Assembly (NCBI RefSeq): GCF_009914755.1 | Contig: NC_060940.1 | DNA length: 64,000 bases | Origin: the human T2T-CHM13v2.0 reference genome, Homo sapiens | Direction: 5' to 3' (one strand) | Part shown: piece by piece, positions 27,863 through 45,449 of the stretch | How positions within the stretch are numbered: position 1 is the stretch's first letter | Layout: each line of letters opens with the position of its first letter | Position numbers and translations under genes: made by a program | Notes under the pieces: model-generated | Databases searched by the model: none | What the model was told of the DNA's origin: nothing | The model's input: the letters and a program-made list of their open reading frames with translations, nothing else

Positions 27863-28120
27863 GTAGTTGACTTTCCCAAGGAAATTTGGGAGTCCACATT
27901 TTTTTTTCTCATTAAAGATAAAGCCTAACAGGTATAATCTGGATAAGAGATTATCAATTTGGGAAGGTCATTTAAGGTTGGTACAAACATAATAGTTGAA
28001 ATAATAATAGATTTCATATGTGGAAATATCAGATGAGGAGGCTGAGAAGCCCAATTTATAATTTTCAGTGTACACCTGGGAAGCTTACATTTTATCCTAT
28101 GTATTGTAAACCCAATTATT

Positions 28121-28196
28121 TTTAAAAATATTTAAGAAAACACTTTAAAAATGTTTAAAAATATTTAAGAAAACACTTTAAAAAATTTTAAAAATA
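28121..28196. repeat. 33-bp tandem duplication (2.3 copies)
   Basis: tttaaaaatatttaagaaaacactttaaaaa at 28121 and 28154. Confidence 0.9.
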
Positions 28197-29899
28197 GAGT
28201 AATAATATGCTGAAGTTCTTATTTTAGGAAGAAGTTTTTGGACACATGGACAGTGGGCTGTCATAGAATAAAATTAAGAGAGAATATGGCTAGTTAGATT
28301 AATAAAATTCCAAGAAAAATGAAGAAATAATGAGAGAAGTTATACTGGGGAGAGAAATAAAGTATTATTTTAAGAAATATTAAGAAGTAACAATTGATTT
28401 GGAAGTCAGGGAGACACTTTAAGGATGCTTTTTCTAGGATTCTAACTTGGATGACTGAGTGAATAGCAACATCTAAACATGATATAAAGAAAATGCAGGA
28501 GAAGGCACAATTTTGGAAACTGTGTTGGAAGGGTGGGTAGAGGATGTTTAATACATTCACTTTTAGTCTTGTCAAATTTGAACTGCCAATGGGATATGTA
28601 TTTGATGATATCCAATGCACAGTTGGAGCTGAGTGCCTGAAGCATCAGAGAGATGAGGTGTCAATTTCCAGGTTATCAGCATGGAAAAAGCAGTTAAGAA
28701 TATGGGCAGAGATGTACATTGGACAAATACCAAGATAGAAAACCTAGGAAGCACTGCCAAACACTAGATCTGGAGGGAAATTCAATGAAGACATAGAAGA
28801 ACAAGTACAAATGTTAGGAGGAGAACAAAGAGAAACTTTTATAAGAAAAACAGATGAAGGGTTTAAAGATGAGAAAACATCAAATCTAGTCAGTATCGTA
28901 GACTAAATTAACTTCAGATTTTTCTCTGTCGCTCTAAATTCAGTCATAGTAGATAAATATATTTAAAAAAATACACAGTTAAGCTTGAAAGCAAGAAAAC
29001 AAGCCTCCAGGGGGCTAGAACTTAGAAGAAATTCTAAGATGTAAGAAAATTTAGAATAAGTAAAAAAAAAAAAAATTACTGAGTGTCACCAAAGGAAAAC
29101 TAGGCATTGTTCAAACACATTTTTCTGTTATCTGATTCTAACGTTTCACTGCCTTTGGAAATATTTTATAATTCTATAAATTATTGAAAGCTGATAACAA
29201 TGCAAAATAATTCCTGTCTAGAGTCATGCCAGTATATTTTTTCAGTGGTGGTTAAATAGACTCCTCTCATCCTTTGAAAAAAAGTTAGTTTTATATCCAT
29301 TTGTAAATTTATGTCAACATTCCTTTATTCCCCCCAAATTTTTGCCTCTTTGACTTCTATTTTGAGCCTCTTGTAACATCTGCCAAATTGATTCATTAAG
29401 TGATTAAATAGGGTATTAATTACATATTTATCTTATATCTACACAAAAGCTATGCTCACATTTAAATAATATGTATTCTTAACAAAGGTGAGAGGAAACA
29501 ATCTGAACAGCCAAAATGTGATGGAACCACACATTCTTTAGGGACTGAATGGTCTCCTATTCAAAAATGGGACACCAAACCTCAGACTCCTGTGTGATAG
29601 AAGACAGGATCCTCAAAAGTCTCTCCTATTTATACAAGACAATTTGAAGAATTCACATATTGGTCATGCAGGTAGCAAAGAAACTAGATCTTAGCTAGTG
29701 CTATAGATGGAAAATGAAGTCTTCATTTAGGAAAAGAATCTAAGCTTGTTCTATAAGAGACTGAGGCACTTTCATTCCCATTATCTATGTGGCATTGTGA
29801 CTCTCAAGTTGAGAATAAACATAAAAGTTGTTTCAGAATGTGGAAACACTTAAATGACAAATATGAAAGCACTCTGTAGGAATGCATCTATGACCTAGA

Positions 29900-30530
29900 T
29901 GAATCTCCCAAAAATAGTTTCTCTGAAACTTCTTGTGGAAAAAAAGTACTAATCATTGCAACAATGATTAAAAAATCATACTGCAAAATTAATGATAAGG
30001 CAACAACCTCAAAGAAATTTTATTCAAAGGGATCTTATTTCTTTGAATATTTCAAAAATATTTTATTTCTAAGAAGGAGTAGAATTCTTGAGGTAAGAAT
30101 CCTGTAAAGCAAAGAGTGGATTTTTAAATGTAGAAAATTTTTAGAAATGAAAAAACTTACTAGAAAAAATAAGTGGCAGTTTTAAGCACTAAATTAGATG
30201 TAAACAGAGTTAATAAATTGTCGGCTAGAGTTGAAAAAATTATTCAAATAGAGTAAAAGAACAAAAAAATGTGAAAACATAAAAGGGAAACTGAGAAATG
30301 TAAAAGACAAATAAGCTTGATTTTCCTAGTAAAGCATCCATACATAGGAAAAAGGTAATATAAGAGATGTAATAATAGAAAACAGATGAGAATTTTACAG
30401 CATTTTAATGAAAGAGCTATAACCTTAGAGTTAAAAAGCCCGGCAGGGATCATGCAACATACATAAAAATAAGCCTACACAGAGACATTTTTAAGTTACC
30501 CTGGCAAAACCTCAAAGACAAACAGGTAAG
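29900..30530 (+). mobile_element. Ancient L1 (L1M/HAL1-type) ORF1-region relic
   Basis: A-rich ORF1-like layout ending '...cctacacagagacattt...caaaacctcaaagacaaa'. Confidence 0.55.
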
Positions 30531-31116
30531 TCAAGCTTTCTGCAAGATTGTCACTTATCTTTATGATAAGAGCTTAGTGTCTTTTGGATTATAAATATAA
30601 AATAAAGTGTAGACTTCAGGATAATTTTTATAAAATGTAATTTCCTTTCTCTAATCAATTCCAATTGAAGCAAAATGCTTATTGTTCTTGCTTTCTAAGG
30701 GGCTTAAGAGTTTACAGTTGATAATTTGAAGAATAGATAGTCAAAAAATGTGGCCTCTGAATTATAATAATAAGTAGAGAGGTAAAAAAAATGACAGAAA
30801 TAGACATATGAGATAGAGATGGGGATAGAGAGAAAGAGAAGTGTATTTAACATGGCAGATTAATTAGTAATAATTAAGGAAAGCCTTATTTTGAGGTTTT
30901 GCAGGTTACCAGGAAATGTCTAGGTGTAGGTTTATTTTTATGTATGTTGCATGGTCCCTGGTAGGCTTCTTAATTCTGAGGTTATATTTCTTTCCTTAGA
31001 ATGTTGTAAAATTCTCATTTTTTTCCTGTTATTACATCTCCTATATTACCTTTTTTCTACCTATGAATGCTTTACTAAGTAAATTAAGCTTATTTCTTTA
31101 TCTTTTCCATTTCTCA
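30292..31116. repeat. Inverted repeat: ~225-bp arms (30292-30516 / 30890-31116), ~373-bp spacer, ~84% identity
   Basis: Manual alignment of the reverse complement, e.g. 'catgcaacatacataaaaataa' vs 'ttatttttatgtatgttgcatg'. Confidence 0.92.
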
Positions 31117-31367
31117 ATTTTATGAGTCAGCTTGACTGGACTTGGAGATGCCCAGATATCTGGTAAAACATTATTTAAAGCTGTGTGTTAGGGAGTGTTT
31201 CTAGAATAAATTAGCTTTTGAATTGGAAAACCAAGTAAAGAAGAATGCCTTCACAAATGTAAATGTAAGGGCAGAGAAATATGGATGTACTCTCCGAGCT
31301 GGGACATCCATCTTCTTCTACCCTTGGACATCAATACTCCTAGTTTTCAGGCACTCAGACTGAATTA
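31116..31367 (+). mobile_element. MLT2C/D-type ERVL LTR fragment
   Basis: 'aattttatgagtcagcttgactgg...tgcccagatatctggtaaaacattattt...gagctgggacatccatcttct'. Confidence 0.8.
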
Positions 31368-31521
31368 TTCTCTCGTTATCTTTTTTAAATAAAAGGATAA
31401 AGTTGGGATACTTTGAAAAGTAGATTTTTAAAAAAATATATAATAGTGCTGATTCTGGCTGATTCTCTAGTCAAAAATACTGTGTGTTGAGGGGAAAGAA
31501 CTTCAAATAATTATTTTCTTA

Positions 31522-34754
<3,233 letters not shown>

Positions 34755-35269
34755 AAGAAGTGTAAATAATTGTCTGCTTGTACTTTTAACATATTTCTAT
34801 CAAACCATCTTTAAAATTATGGACTACCATCCACAAATATGTTTTGTAATATTTGTAATATATACCTACTCACTAGGAGCATTTTCAAGTTTGAGACTGG
34901 GAAGCTTGATTTCAATGCCTTTTACTTTTCTGCAGACTCATATGGTATTGTTTCTCATCTCAGTGAATAGTGTCAAAAATAGAGTAAAAAGAGACTCTGG
35001 TTATTTTATTAGTACATGAAAGATACATCTAGGCTCAGGGATTTGGTAGACATTCAGAAATAATTACTAGGTCGCTTGAGTCAAGAAGCAAACTTTTCCA
35101 AGTGAAATGTAGTGCTCTATTTAAAAAAAATCTACATTCTCTTTCTGACAAGTGAAGTGAGTTGTTGAATGCAGAGAAAGAAAAGGTATGCTACTTTAAT
35201 TATCTTGAGCATTAAATACCCAATGGCAAAACTGTCACATGTAGATTTTAAAATTAACCTATTTTAAAA

Positions 35270-35430
35270 CCAAGATGCAGTATGATGTCAGGGGTGAGAT
35301 TTAGGCTAAGAAAAACCTGAATTTTAATTTTAGCTCTAGTCAACACATTTAATTAAGCCATTTTATTGAAAAACTGGAGATAAAATGCTTACCAAATGAT
35401 AATACAAGAAATAAGTGAAAAAACATTTAA
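35270..35430 (+). mobile_element. MIR relic
   Basis: 'gagatttaggctaagaaaaacctgaattttaattttagctct...aaaactggagataaaatgcttacc'. Confidence 0.5.
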
Positions 35431-35599
35431 AAGACCTTTCCACTTTTTGTGGGCCCTTGGGTACTGTATTTTTGAACAACTGGTCTAAGAATTTCTTCAG
35501 ATCCATGCTCTTTGTAAATTCTCTATTCTTTTCTTCCCTGGTACTACTGTAACTTTTTAAGCTTTTGGGAGCATTTCAATGTCCTTCTAAAGCATGATC

Positions 35600-36150
35600 T
35601 TTGCTATGGATTCCTTTCCACTCTGCCCACTTCTCTGTTCCTGCACTGAATTAGTCCTTCTAAATTTATGCCAATATAATCAAGTGTTCCTCATACTTGT
35701 CACCCTTCACTGTTGCCTAATCCTCACTTTCTGCCATGCTATGGTAGACCCTTGTCATTCTAGCTCCTAACCCTCTCATCATCGCCTTTACTAAAATCAC
35801 TAACCATTTTTATAAACATCTTATGCTCTTTTACAACTCACCACCCTTGTTCATGTCAGCTCCATTGTTTTTCTCCAACTGATAAACTCATGATCAGTTT
35901 TACAAGCTAGGTTTACTTGTAACAGTCTCATTGATTAATTCTTAGAGATTCACACTCACACATAACTCATGATGTCTAACACACTTATATATATACCTTA
36001 TTATAGTACTTAACATATTTAGAGTCCTCTCCCCTATTGTAATAAAACCCCTTGATATCAGGAAGTGCAGCTATTCATGATTCTACTCTAGGATTTACAA
36101 TATAGTACACAATTGCTAGATATCTGCTGTGCAAATGATGAACTGAAAGC
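35600..36150 (+). mobile_element. L2 relic
   Basis: 3' motif 'ccctattgtaataaaaccccttgatatcaggaa...atatctgctgtgcaaatgatgaa'. Confidence 0.5.
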
Positions 36151-36169
36151 CACATAAGACACAATGTAA

Positions 36170-36510
<341 letters not shown>

Positions 36511-37779
36511 TTAGGGAAAATATATATTTTAAAAGATGTCTGTAAACAAAGAGTAAAAATCTGAGCAATTGGTTCTGTTCTTCATATTATTTTCTAAAAG
36601 TTTACTGATGGTAATGATTGCAGGTTTATTCCAGCCTTCTATGTCCGGGATGCAGTGACACTGCCCCTTAAGGAGAAATTCCTTAAAAAGCAAAGCTGTG
36701 TGAAACACATTCCACTGGGCAAACAGCCTGCTTTGTAAACAACCTCAAAGTCTCATAATCATATCAGTGCACCTGGAATTTCAGGGTTGCAAAGTGAATA
36801 AATATTTGCCAAAAGTCAGAAAGCCTTCAGAATCAGCTTCTATAATCTAAATATCAGCTATCTAGAAAAATAAATTAAATCTATCAATCAATCAATAAAG
36901 GCTTATTTTAATTAGGTGGCAGTATTTCCACTCCACTCTGAGTAGTCATTGGTAATATAATAATTAAAGACTTGGCTATAGGTTTGTCTCTCAGGTTTGA
37001 ACTTACAACAATTTAACCAAGTTTGACTTGAACTAAGTTGAAACTTTCCAAAGGGTCTTTCTAATCTCCATAAGTTCAAATCTTATTACTACAAAATATG
37101 TAACACAAAGAAGTTACATTTTTTTGAGCTTTGAATAGTATTTTATAGGGATCTCACGTGTAAAATTCCCTTAATAGGTTTTTCAAGTTTGGAACCAGAA
37201 AACCATCACCTTTTCTGACCAGTCAACTTTAATCTGGTTGGTTATTCTGATGTCAGTAGGTTCTCTGTGATCTTACAGTATTTGATGCTTTTTTTCTCTT
37301 CTCTATACCAAAGTTCTTAATTGTTCCAAAATGTCAGCTTTTTTATAGCCCAAAATTGTTTGCTAATATGTTAACCAATGAACATGTAGTTAAACATAGT
37401 ACAGATTTATATCTTGATTTCATATTGATTTAAGTCAAAATCTTTCCCATTTGGTAGTACTTCCAGTCAGAGCTGGCCTGAGGCAAAATTGTGAAGTAGG
37501 TTAAGCTGCTTTTAGCTTCATCTAGATTTCTTTACGGGTCTATGTAGGAGGATAGTATTTTTCAAACTGAAGATAATTATTTTTTCTGAAAAGAAGGCTC
37601 CTTTACACTCAAGATGAAATATAAAGGAAATGACCACTGATGTCAGATGTATCTTACGAATTCTATTTTTTTAATGCTTACAAGGGTTCTTTACTGAGTA
37701 ATGTTTGAATATAAAAATGTTAGAGAAGTCAAATTTATGCCGCAGATTTTACATTCTTTAATAATTGCTTCTGTAATGA

Positions 37780-38605
<826 letters not shown>

Positions 38606-38722
38606 AAACTCTGACAGCTAGAGAGCTATAAGCCTCTTCACTAAAACATGGGGAGGGGATATGTGGGGATGTGAGGCTTTTAGGAGTTAACTCTGAGATA
38701 GAATTCTGTGGCCTTGATAGGG

Positions 38723-38788
38723 GTGTGTGTGTGTGTGTATTTGTGTGTGTGTGTGTATTTGTGTGTGTGTGTGTGTGTGTCTTTGTGT
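38723..38788. repeat. Interrupted (GT)n microsatellite
   Basis: GT runs separated by 'attt'. Confidence 0.95.
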
Positions 38789-38824
38789 CTAGAGGAGAGA
38801 ATAACTCAAAGAGAGGATGAAAAT

Positions 38825-39275
38825 TTACTTCAGATTCCCCCAGAGGGCAACTTAAATACAAAAATTCAAGCACAGGTAGTTTATTTGGGAGGTAATTCCA
38901 GAAAACACTGAAAAGGCAGTGTGAAAATGCCTAAAGGAAGTAAAGGCAGCCAACAGAGGGTTCATTATCATCCTAGTCAACACTGTGTGACAAGAACTTG
39001 ATCCTGTAGGAAAACTTTAGAGAAGAATATTAAATACACAACTAAAGTTACCTTAACTGCAGGGTGAGGAAGATGAAATATTTATACACCAATAGACTTC
39101 TGTTCATTGTTCACCACTAAGTGACGCTAACACAGCTTCATGTTTGTACTTTGGCCTGCCATGGTGTGGACAGTCTTCCAGAAAAAAGAGGCGAGTATTA
39201 ACAGTTGGAAAGTGGCTGAGGACAGCTTCATGGTGAGGTCCCAGGTATATAGTCAGGACAGCAACAGAATCTATG
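38825..39275 (-). mobile_element. LTR33-like ERVL solo LTR
   Basis: 'cagattcccccagagg...gtagtttatttgggaggtaattccagaaaacac...aggcagccaacagagggttcattatca'. Confidence 0.7.
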
Positions 39276-39835
39276 AAACCTAGGATGGCAATAGTGTTTG
39301 CCGATTTAGAGGTGAATCTTTTTTTTGTTTCTTTTTGTTTGTTTAACCTTTCCTAGTCCAACAGTGTCAACAGTATATATTATAATTGCATGCTAAATCT
39401 TTGTACTCTTATGCCTGTTGCTTTTTTAATAAGAAAGTTGAATTTTGTCATTCAATATAAATCACAATATTGCTCCAATTATTTAGTCATTTGAACTAGT
39501 CTTTGTTAACTGTATTCCTATAGCTCTGACTCTATGAAGGTTTCATTTTTATGGCCATTCCAATTAGTAGTGGCTTCCTTGAACACCATGATAAGATGGA
39601 TTCTGATGCTGCATTTGCACTTGGAGAAAAGAGAGCCATAGGCAGGAATGACATAGGGTGAGACACAGCTAGGTATTTGTTATGTTTCATTAGCAATTTA
39701 TGTTCCCTTCTATTATTTTAAAAAATGATAAAATGTTTGCTTATCTGCCCAGGCTTGAGATGAAAGACAAGACCTTATTATTCTTTATGTACCCAAAGGT
39801 TAGGACATAATAAGCAACTAATAAATGCCTGGTCA

Positions 39836-39964
39836 GTCTCTTCTACTGATACATTCTGAAAAAAAAAAAGAATATCTTATATACTCTCCATAAAAATATC
39901 CTATATACTGTCTCCTACTAATACATTCTGAAAAAAAAAAAAAACTATCTTATATACCCTCCAT
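39836..39964. repeat. Complex local tandem duplication (~55 bp x2 with an 18-bp partial copy between)
   Basis: ctact(g/a)atacattctgA(n)..tatcttatatac(t/c)ctccat occurs twice. Confidence 0.9.
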
Positions 39965-40474
39965 CATAGTTGCAAATTGCTGCAGATTTTTCTAGATATG
40001 TCAACACACCGGGGTTATCTGACCTTGCATTACATTTTTTTAAATGTTGTCTTAATTTATCTGAATAAAACAGCTTTCCCACCCCGCCCCTAAAAACATG
40101 TAATAGACAAACAGTACCTCAGCAGAACTGATAGGGTTACACTTAACTTTTTGCACATGGATGCTAAAAGTTTTTTTCTAAATAAAGGCTAAAGTTAAGT
40201 GACGAATAGAAACAACAGGATATAAGAAATGAATAAGAAAAGAATGGACCAAAAGCCATGGAAGAATGAAAGGTTGGAGGTTAGGAAAGAAGGGCAGTTT
40301 AGAAACATCAGCATGCTCTGGTGCCTCCTGTCACTTTATGTTATGTGTGGTCCTGGAGTACACATGGAGCCCCATCAGAGTCGTGATGATAATTCCCATC
40401 CAAGGTTGCCATACCATTTTGTCTTTGCTTTTAGCGTTGATTTTACTTGACAAGAAAATGTTCCCAATATAGAA

Positions 40475-40695
40475 GAGCGATTTAAAAACATGGAGTTTGA
40501 GTCAGGAATATATGAAGTCAAATCTCATCTCTATGCCTTTATTGATTGTGGGAGGGTGAGCAAGTTTTAATTTTTCATATACTCCTTCTCCCCCCATTTC
40601 TTCAACTGACAAATAAGGTGATCCATACCTCTTAGGTATTTTGATTTGTTTGTTTTGATAAAGATCAAATGTGGAAGAACTTTAAAGAGCTAGTA
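40475..40695 (+). mobile_element. MIR
   Basis: 'aaacatggagtttgagtcagg...tcaaatctcatctct...gagcaagtt...catttcttcaactg'. Confidence 0.7.
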
Positions 40696-41623
40696 AGGAA
40701 CAGGGCAGAGACTGAAACTTTTTTCTGCTTACAATGAAAATTTTGGGGAGAGAGAGAGAGAGAGCACATTGTGAACACCAAAAAAATTATAATGTCATGC
40801 AGGAAGATAATACAGCTAACATTCCCTCTTTATGATGCCAGCTCTATTACCAATGATCACAAAACATTGCTCAATATAGCAGAACTAACTTCTATATTAA
40901 GACCAGGCATGCAACCAAAGAGTCTTATTTTTAACTGAGAATTACCATGAGAGAACGGGAAGATAAATAAGCTAACAGTGGGTGCTTTTATGCAAGTCTA
41001 CCCGTGCCACAAAGCTTAGTTGTCTATCTGAGTAACATACTGACTGACCTCTAAAGAATACTATTTAGTTGGTTATATGAGCTACATAGGTGATCCACAA
41101 ATAATGCACAGAACTCTTGTGACACACGTAAATATTCATGGAATATTCCCTTTTATTAGAAAATTATAATTATGTTATCCATTAAGTTCTCTTTTTTCCT
41201 GGACACAAAGTCCTTGAAAACTAAACTTAATTCTCAGTCACAGTAAGTTATTTGTCTATGATTATTAATATTCTTGCTTCCTTTTCCTTTTCAGAACCTG
41301 TACTTTTCAATTTCGTTTATTCATTCAATCAGCTTTAAGTATGCATTTTGTTTCCAGTATTAAGATTGTAAGTGAGAAGAAGGGAATTATGATCACTGCA
41401 TTCATGAAACTTAAATTTCATAATTTCTGTGACTATTTAGTAAAATTGTTTGTGCAGGTAGGCAACATATGGAAAACAAATGCAGTATCAGAGAAAGGAA
41501 ACTGAAAAATAGAGAAGCATTTTCTGTATCTTTTTCAACGATAGAAATTAACATATGCACATTCACAAACACTCAGACCAATTTCGTCTTGAGTTGCATT
41601 CTTAGTTAAATGGTATTTTTTAC

Positions 41624-41727
41624 TATATATACATACATGTATATACATATACATATATATACATATACACATATATATGTATTATATATGTAGATACAAA
41701 GAGAGAGAGAGAGAGAGAAGAGAGAGA
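41624..41727. repeat. (TA/CA)n followed by (GA)n simple repeats
   Basis: Direct dinucleotide runs. Confidence 0.9.
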
Positions 41728-42054
41728 CCCATCTTTTGGCCCCCAGTGAGAATTATGTGGGAGGGAGACAGTGTTTTGGGCGTAATAATCTAGTAAAGTT
41801 TTTTTTCCTAAATTTATTGACCCAGGGAGATCCCTTAATGGTCAAAACTGTTCATCTTTTCTCCTTTATTTTCACATATATTTCTTGCTTTCTCAGTGTG
41901 CATCTATTACTTTACTCTGTGTAGACCTCATCTTTTTACAAAAAGTTCTTATAATAGAGAAAAGTCTTTATTTAGAAAAAGATTATTGCCATTTTCTGTG
42001 TGTATAAAATGTGTAAACACACACACACCATATACTGGCTGGTAAGTGGAACTA

Positions 42055-42205
42055 CCTTCTTCATAACAACCTGTGTAACATATGACATCAGTCAGATTTT
42101 ATAGAAAACACAACTAAGGTGACCAGAAGTAAAAAATTCACCTAATGTTAATCAGCTGGTAAAAGACATTACCTGACATGTATAATGCTAAGATCCTTGT
42201 TATTC
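42055..42205 (-). mobile_element. MIR
   Basis: 'tcataacaacctgtg...attttatagaaaacacaactaagg...cagctggtaa'. Confidence 0.65.
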
Positions 42206-42216
42206 TCTTTTTGCAC

Positions 42217-42545
42217 TTCATTTATTCATTAACAAATATTTATTAGGCTCTTAAGATGTGCCATATATTGTTCTAGGTTTTGAGGATACAACAGTGAAAA
42301 AATAACACATAAAAATCTATGTTTCATGAAACTTATATTCCGATGGGGATGAAGATAGACAATGAAAATAATAAAGACAGAATAATATGCCATATTGTTA
42401 TAAGTGTTATGGAGCAATCTAGAGCAGGGAAGGAGAATAGAAACCACCATGGTCATATTAAGAAGAAAATATATAATTAAAGACAAAAGAATGTGAATGA
42501 ATGAAAAGACCCAAAGACTATCTGGAATCCAGATTACAGAACAAA
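42217..42545 (-). mobile_element. L2a 3' end
   Basis: 'ttcatttattcattaacaaatatttatt...atgtgcca...ttctagg...gatacaacagtgaa'. Confidence 0.85.
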
Positions 42546-43289
42546 GCCTTTCCCTTTTGACCATCAAATCGCAGATCTCAGAACTTATCATGCAAGCTTG
42601 TGTTGGCTGCATCTCTTTGTCAATTTTCTCATCCAGCTGACAAATGTGTGTCCCAAACTACTTCTAATACTCATCCCGTGTCATGACTCATTTTAACCTC
42701 TGTCTCTAGCCTGGATGATTCTCTTCTTCTTCTCATATCTTTCTTAGTTTTAGTTTCTTTCTACCTTTTACCCTTTTTTGCAAATTTCTCTCAAATAGAA
42801 ATTCTTTCTACTGTGCACAAACATATGACTATAATCAGGTCACTTATTTAAGTCACACATTCAAATTGTAATGAAAGTTTATCAAAAATAAATCAAGGAG
42901 GGCAAGCATTTTGAAAATTGTTTTATGAGGCTGTTGGCTGATTACCTTTCTAACTCTCTAACTGGCCTCATTTCTTTTAGATACTGAAAATATGCTAATT
43001 TTCATGGCAGATATCCTGTGTTTGTTTGCAAAAAAAGTAGCAGTGTGCTCTGCTGAGATGGGAGGAAATTTTTTGATAGATACCAGCTTTCTCAACCTAA
43101 TTACACAGACATAATTAATTTTACCCATCAGCCATGCGTAAGTTCATTGCTATTTCGAACACTTTCCCAAACTTAAACTGAAGGTATTTTTGACACACAT
43201 CCCTTCCCCAAATCATGCATTAATATTTTCCCTGTCAAAAATAGAAAATGGAAATGCTCTTTCAGCTAGTTGTTTTAATATTCCATAGG

Positions 43290-43475
43290 CCATTATTATA
43301 GCTATCAATTTTGAATACCTACTATGTGCTAGGAAGTAACATAGACATTTTTAATACCTTATTTCATTCATTTTTTTCTACAAACCTTAAAAACATATAC
43401 AATTATCTTACACTGAAAGATGAAGAAACTGAAATGCACTGTTTTAAGACACCTGGCTTGTTCAAGACTACTTAA
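43290..43475 (-). mobile_element. MIR
   Basis: 'ttgaatacctactatgtgctagg...ttatttcatt...agatgaagaaactga'. Confidence 0.75.
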
Positions 43476-44269
43476 TTTACATACAGTCACCTAGGGATAT
43501 GCAGAAAAACTAAGAGATTTGGATTACAGAGGGGCCAGCCAACCAATTTGCCAGATCCTTTCTCTTAACAGATGACTGTTTATGGAATTGTTTTAGTTCA
43601 ACATTCATTTGTATTTTATGATTAAAATTGAGAACTGAGAGTGACAACAAACTCAGGTTGGGGTAGAAAGATTAAACTGAGAAGAACTCAGGGATATATG
43701 GAATTTTAGAGTCATAATTGTTCTAAGTACATTGTAAGTAAAGTCAATCAGTTGGAAATATTTGTAAGCTGAGGAATACACAGGATTGGGTCAGTATAAT
43801 TTGAGCATATCAACCTATTGAGCCTTTCCCACACTGTATTCTGAAAATAACTATTATTAAATGAAAGACAAATAACTATTCTAAAAATGATAGTAATACC
43901 AGTAATAAAATAAGAAAGTCTTTTGGGCTCAAAAGGGTTTGAGAAACACCATGTTTGGTATTCCTGCCTCTCCTTTGCTGATTCATAATACATATAAGCT
44001 TTGTGATGACAATAAAAATACCTGTTCCGTGATGTTTCATTTCCCAAGATTTAAAAAGTACATTTGAGTATAGAACATCTTTTCCCTCATGCAACAACAC
44101 CTAATAATGTCTCATAAAATACGAGCGTTCAATAGAATAACACGATAAGGGAATTGAGAAAGGCCAAATTCTTTATCCTCACATAGAGAGCCCCTCATGA
44201 TTTGTCCTCCAGTTGTGTTTCTTTGCTGTTCTTCAATAGATTGTTATTTCATAAAAGAATGTAATTTTG

Positions 44270-44577
<308 letters not shown>

Positions 44578-45449
44578 CTATGATTAGTAGAGCCAGTTAA
44601 CTTACTTGCGTATAATTATTAACTCTTAGTCAAGGAAATAAAGCACCCCAGAGGCCATATAGCATAAAGATTAGGCATTAAGATGTAAACTTATAAGTCC
44701 AGCTCTCATTCTGAAACTTTTGTTTGCATAACTGCACTTATCAATCTCCTTAAGGTACTAAAAATATGTAGTTAGTATAGATTTCCTAAAACAGTGTAGG
44801 GCTTATACCTACTGCTGTTAAGAGATAGCTATTAACCCATCACAACTTTAAAATTGAGATTTATTTTCTATATGGAAAATGAAAACTTTGAACAAAACAA
44901 GGTTTAGTACATACACATCCAAAAATAATTGAATTGAAACTGTAGTTAATGTTCTCAAGTGGAAAATATAAATTAAAATGTTACAAAACCATATCTTTGC
45001 TGACATGAAGGCAATTAGTACATTGCTGCAGATGGATAACAGAAGACTATAGTTCAATCCCATTGTCTTCCACTCCTTCCTCGGCTTATAACCTTTCATG
45101 ATACTGTATGATTTCTCACTAACTCAGCCTTCATATAAATTTGAGAAACACATTTTGATGATTCAGTGTCTAGTCTTAAGTGGCTTTGCCTTACATATCT
45201 GGGAGAATTTTTTAAATATTTAGGAAAACAAACTCTCTACATCACCTTAATGCCAAAAAACACTAACTGTAGGTACACACCTGATGGAGTCATTACCAAC
45301 TCTTTATGCATTAAAATTGGTCCATCAAAACCTGTTTCACTATGAGGAAAGGGCAGTATGTGTGTGTTTGTGTACATATATATATATATGTATATATGTA
45401 TATTTACAGACATTTATATTCGAAACACATTTTCCCTGTTTTATTTAAA

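Larger units (their letters stand above)
27152..28880 (-). mobile_element. L2, interrupted at ~27530-27960
   Basis: 'ttatttattcaactaatatttt'; 'gagttgggcattgaagga'; 'ttttagtcttgtcaaatttgaactgcc...gatatccaatg'. Confidence 0.7.

Noticed and set aside
41270-41375. Possible exon (strong polypyrimidine-CAG at 41294, GTAAGT at 41368)
   Set aside because: Such signals are frequent by chance; no coding signal or partner exon can be supported from sequence alone.
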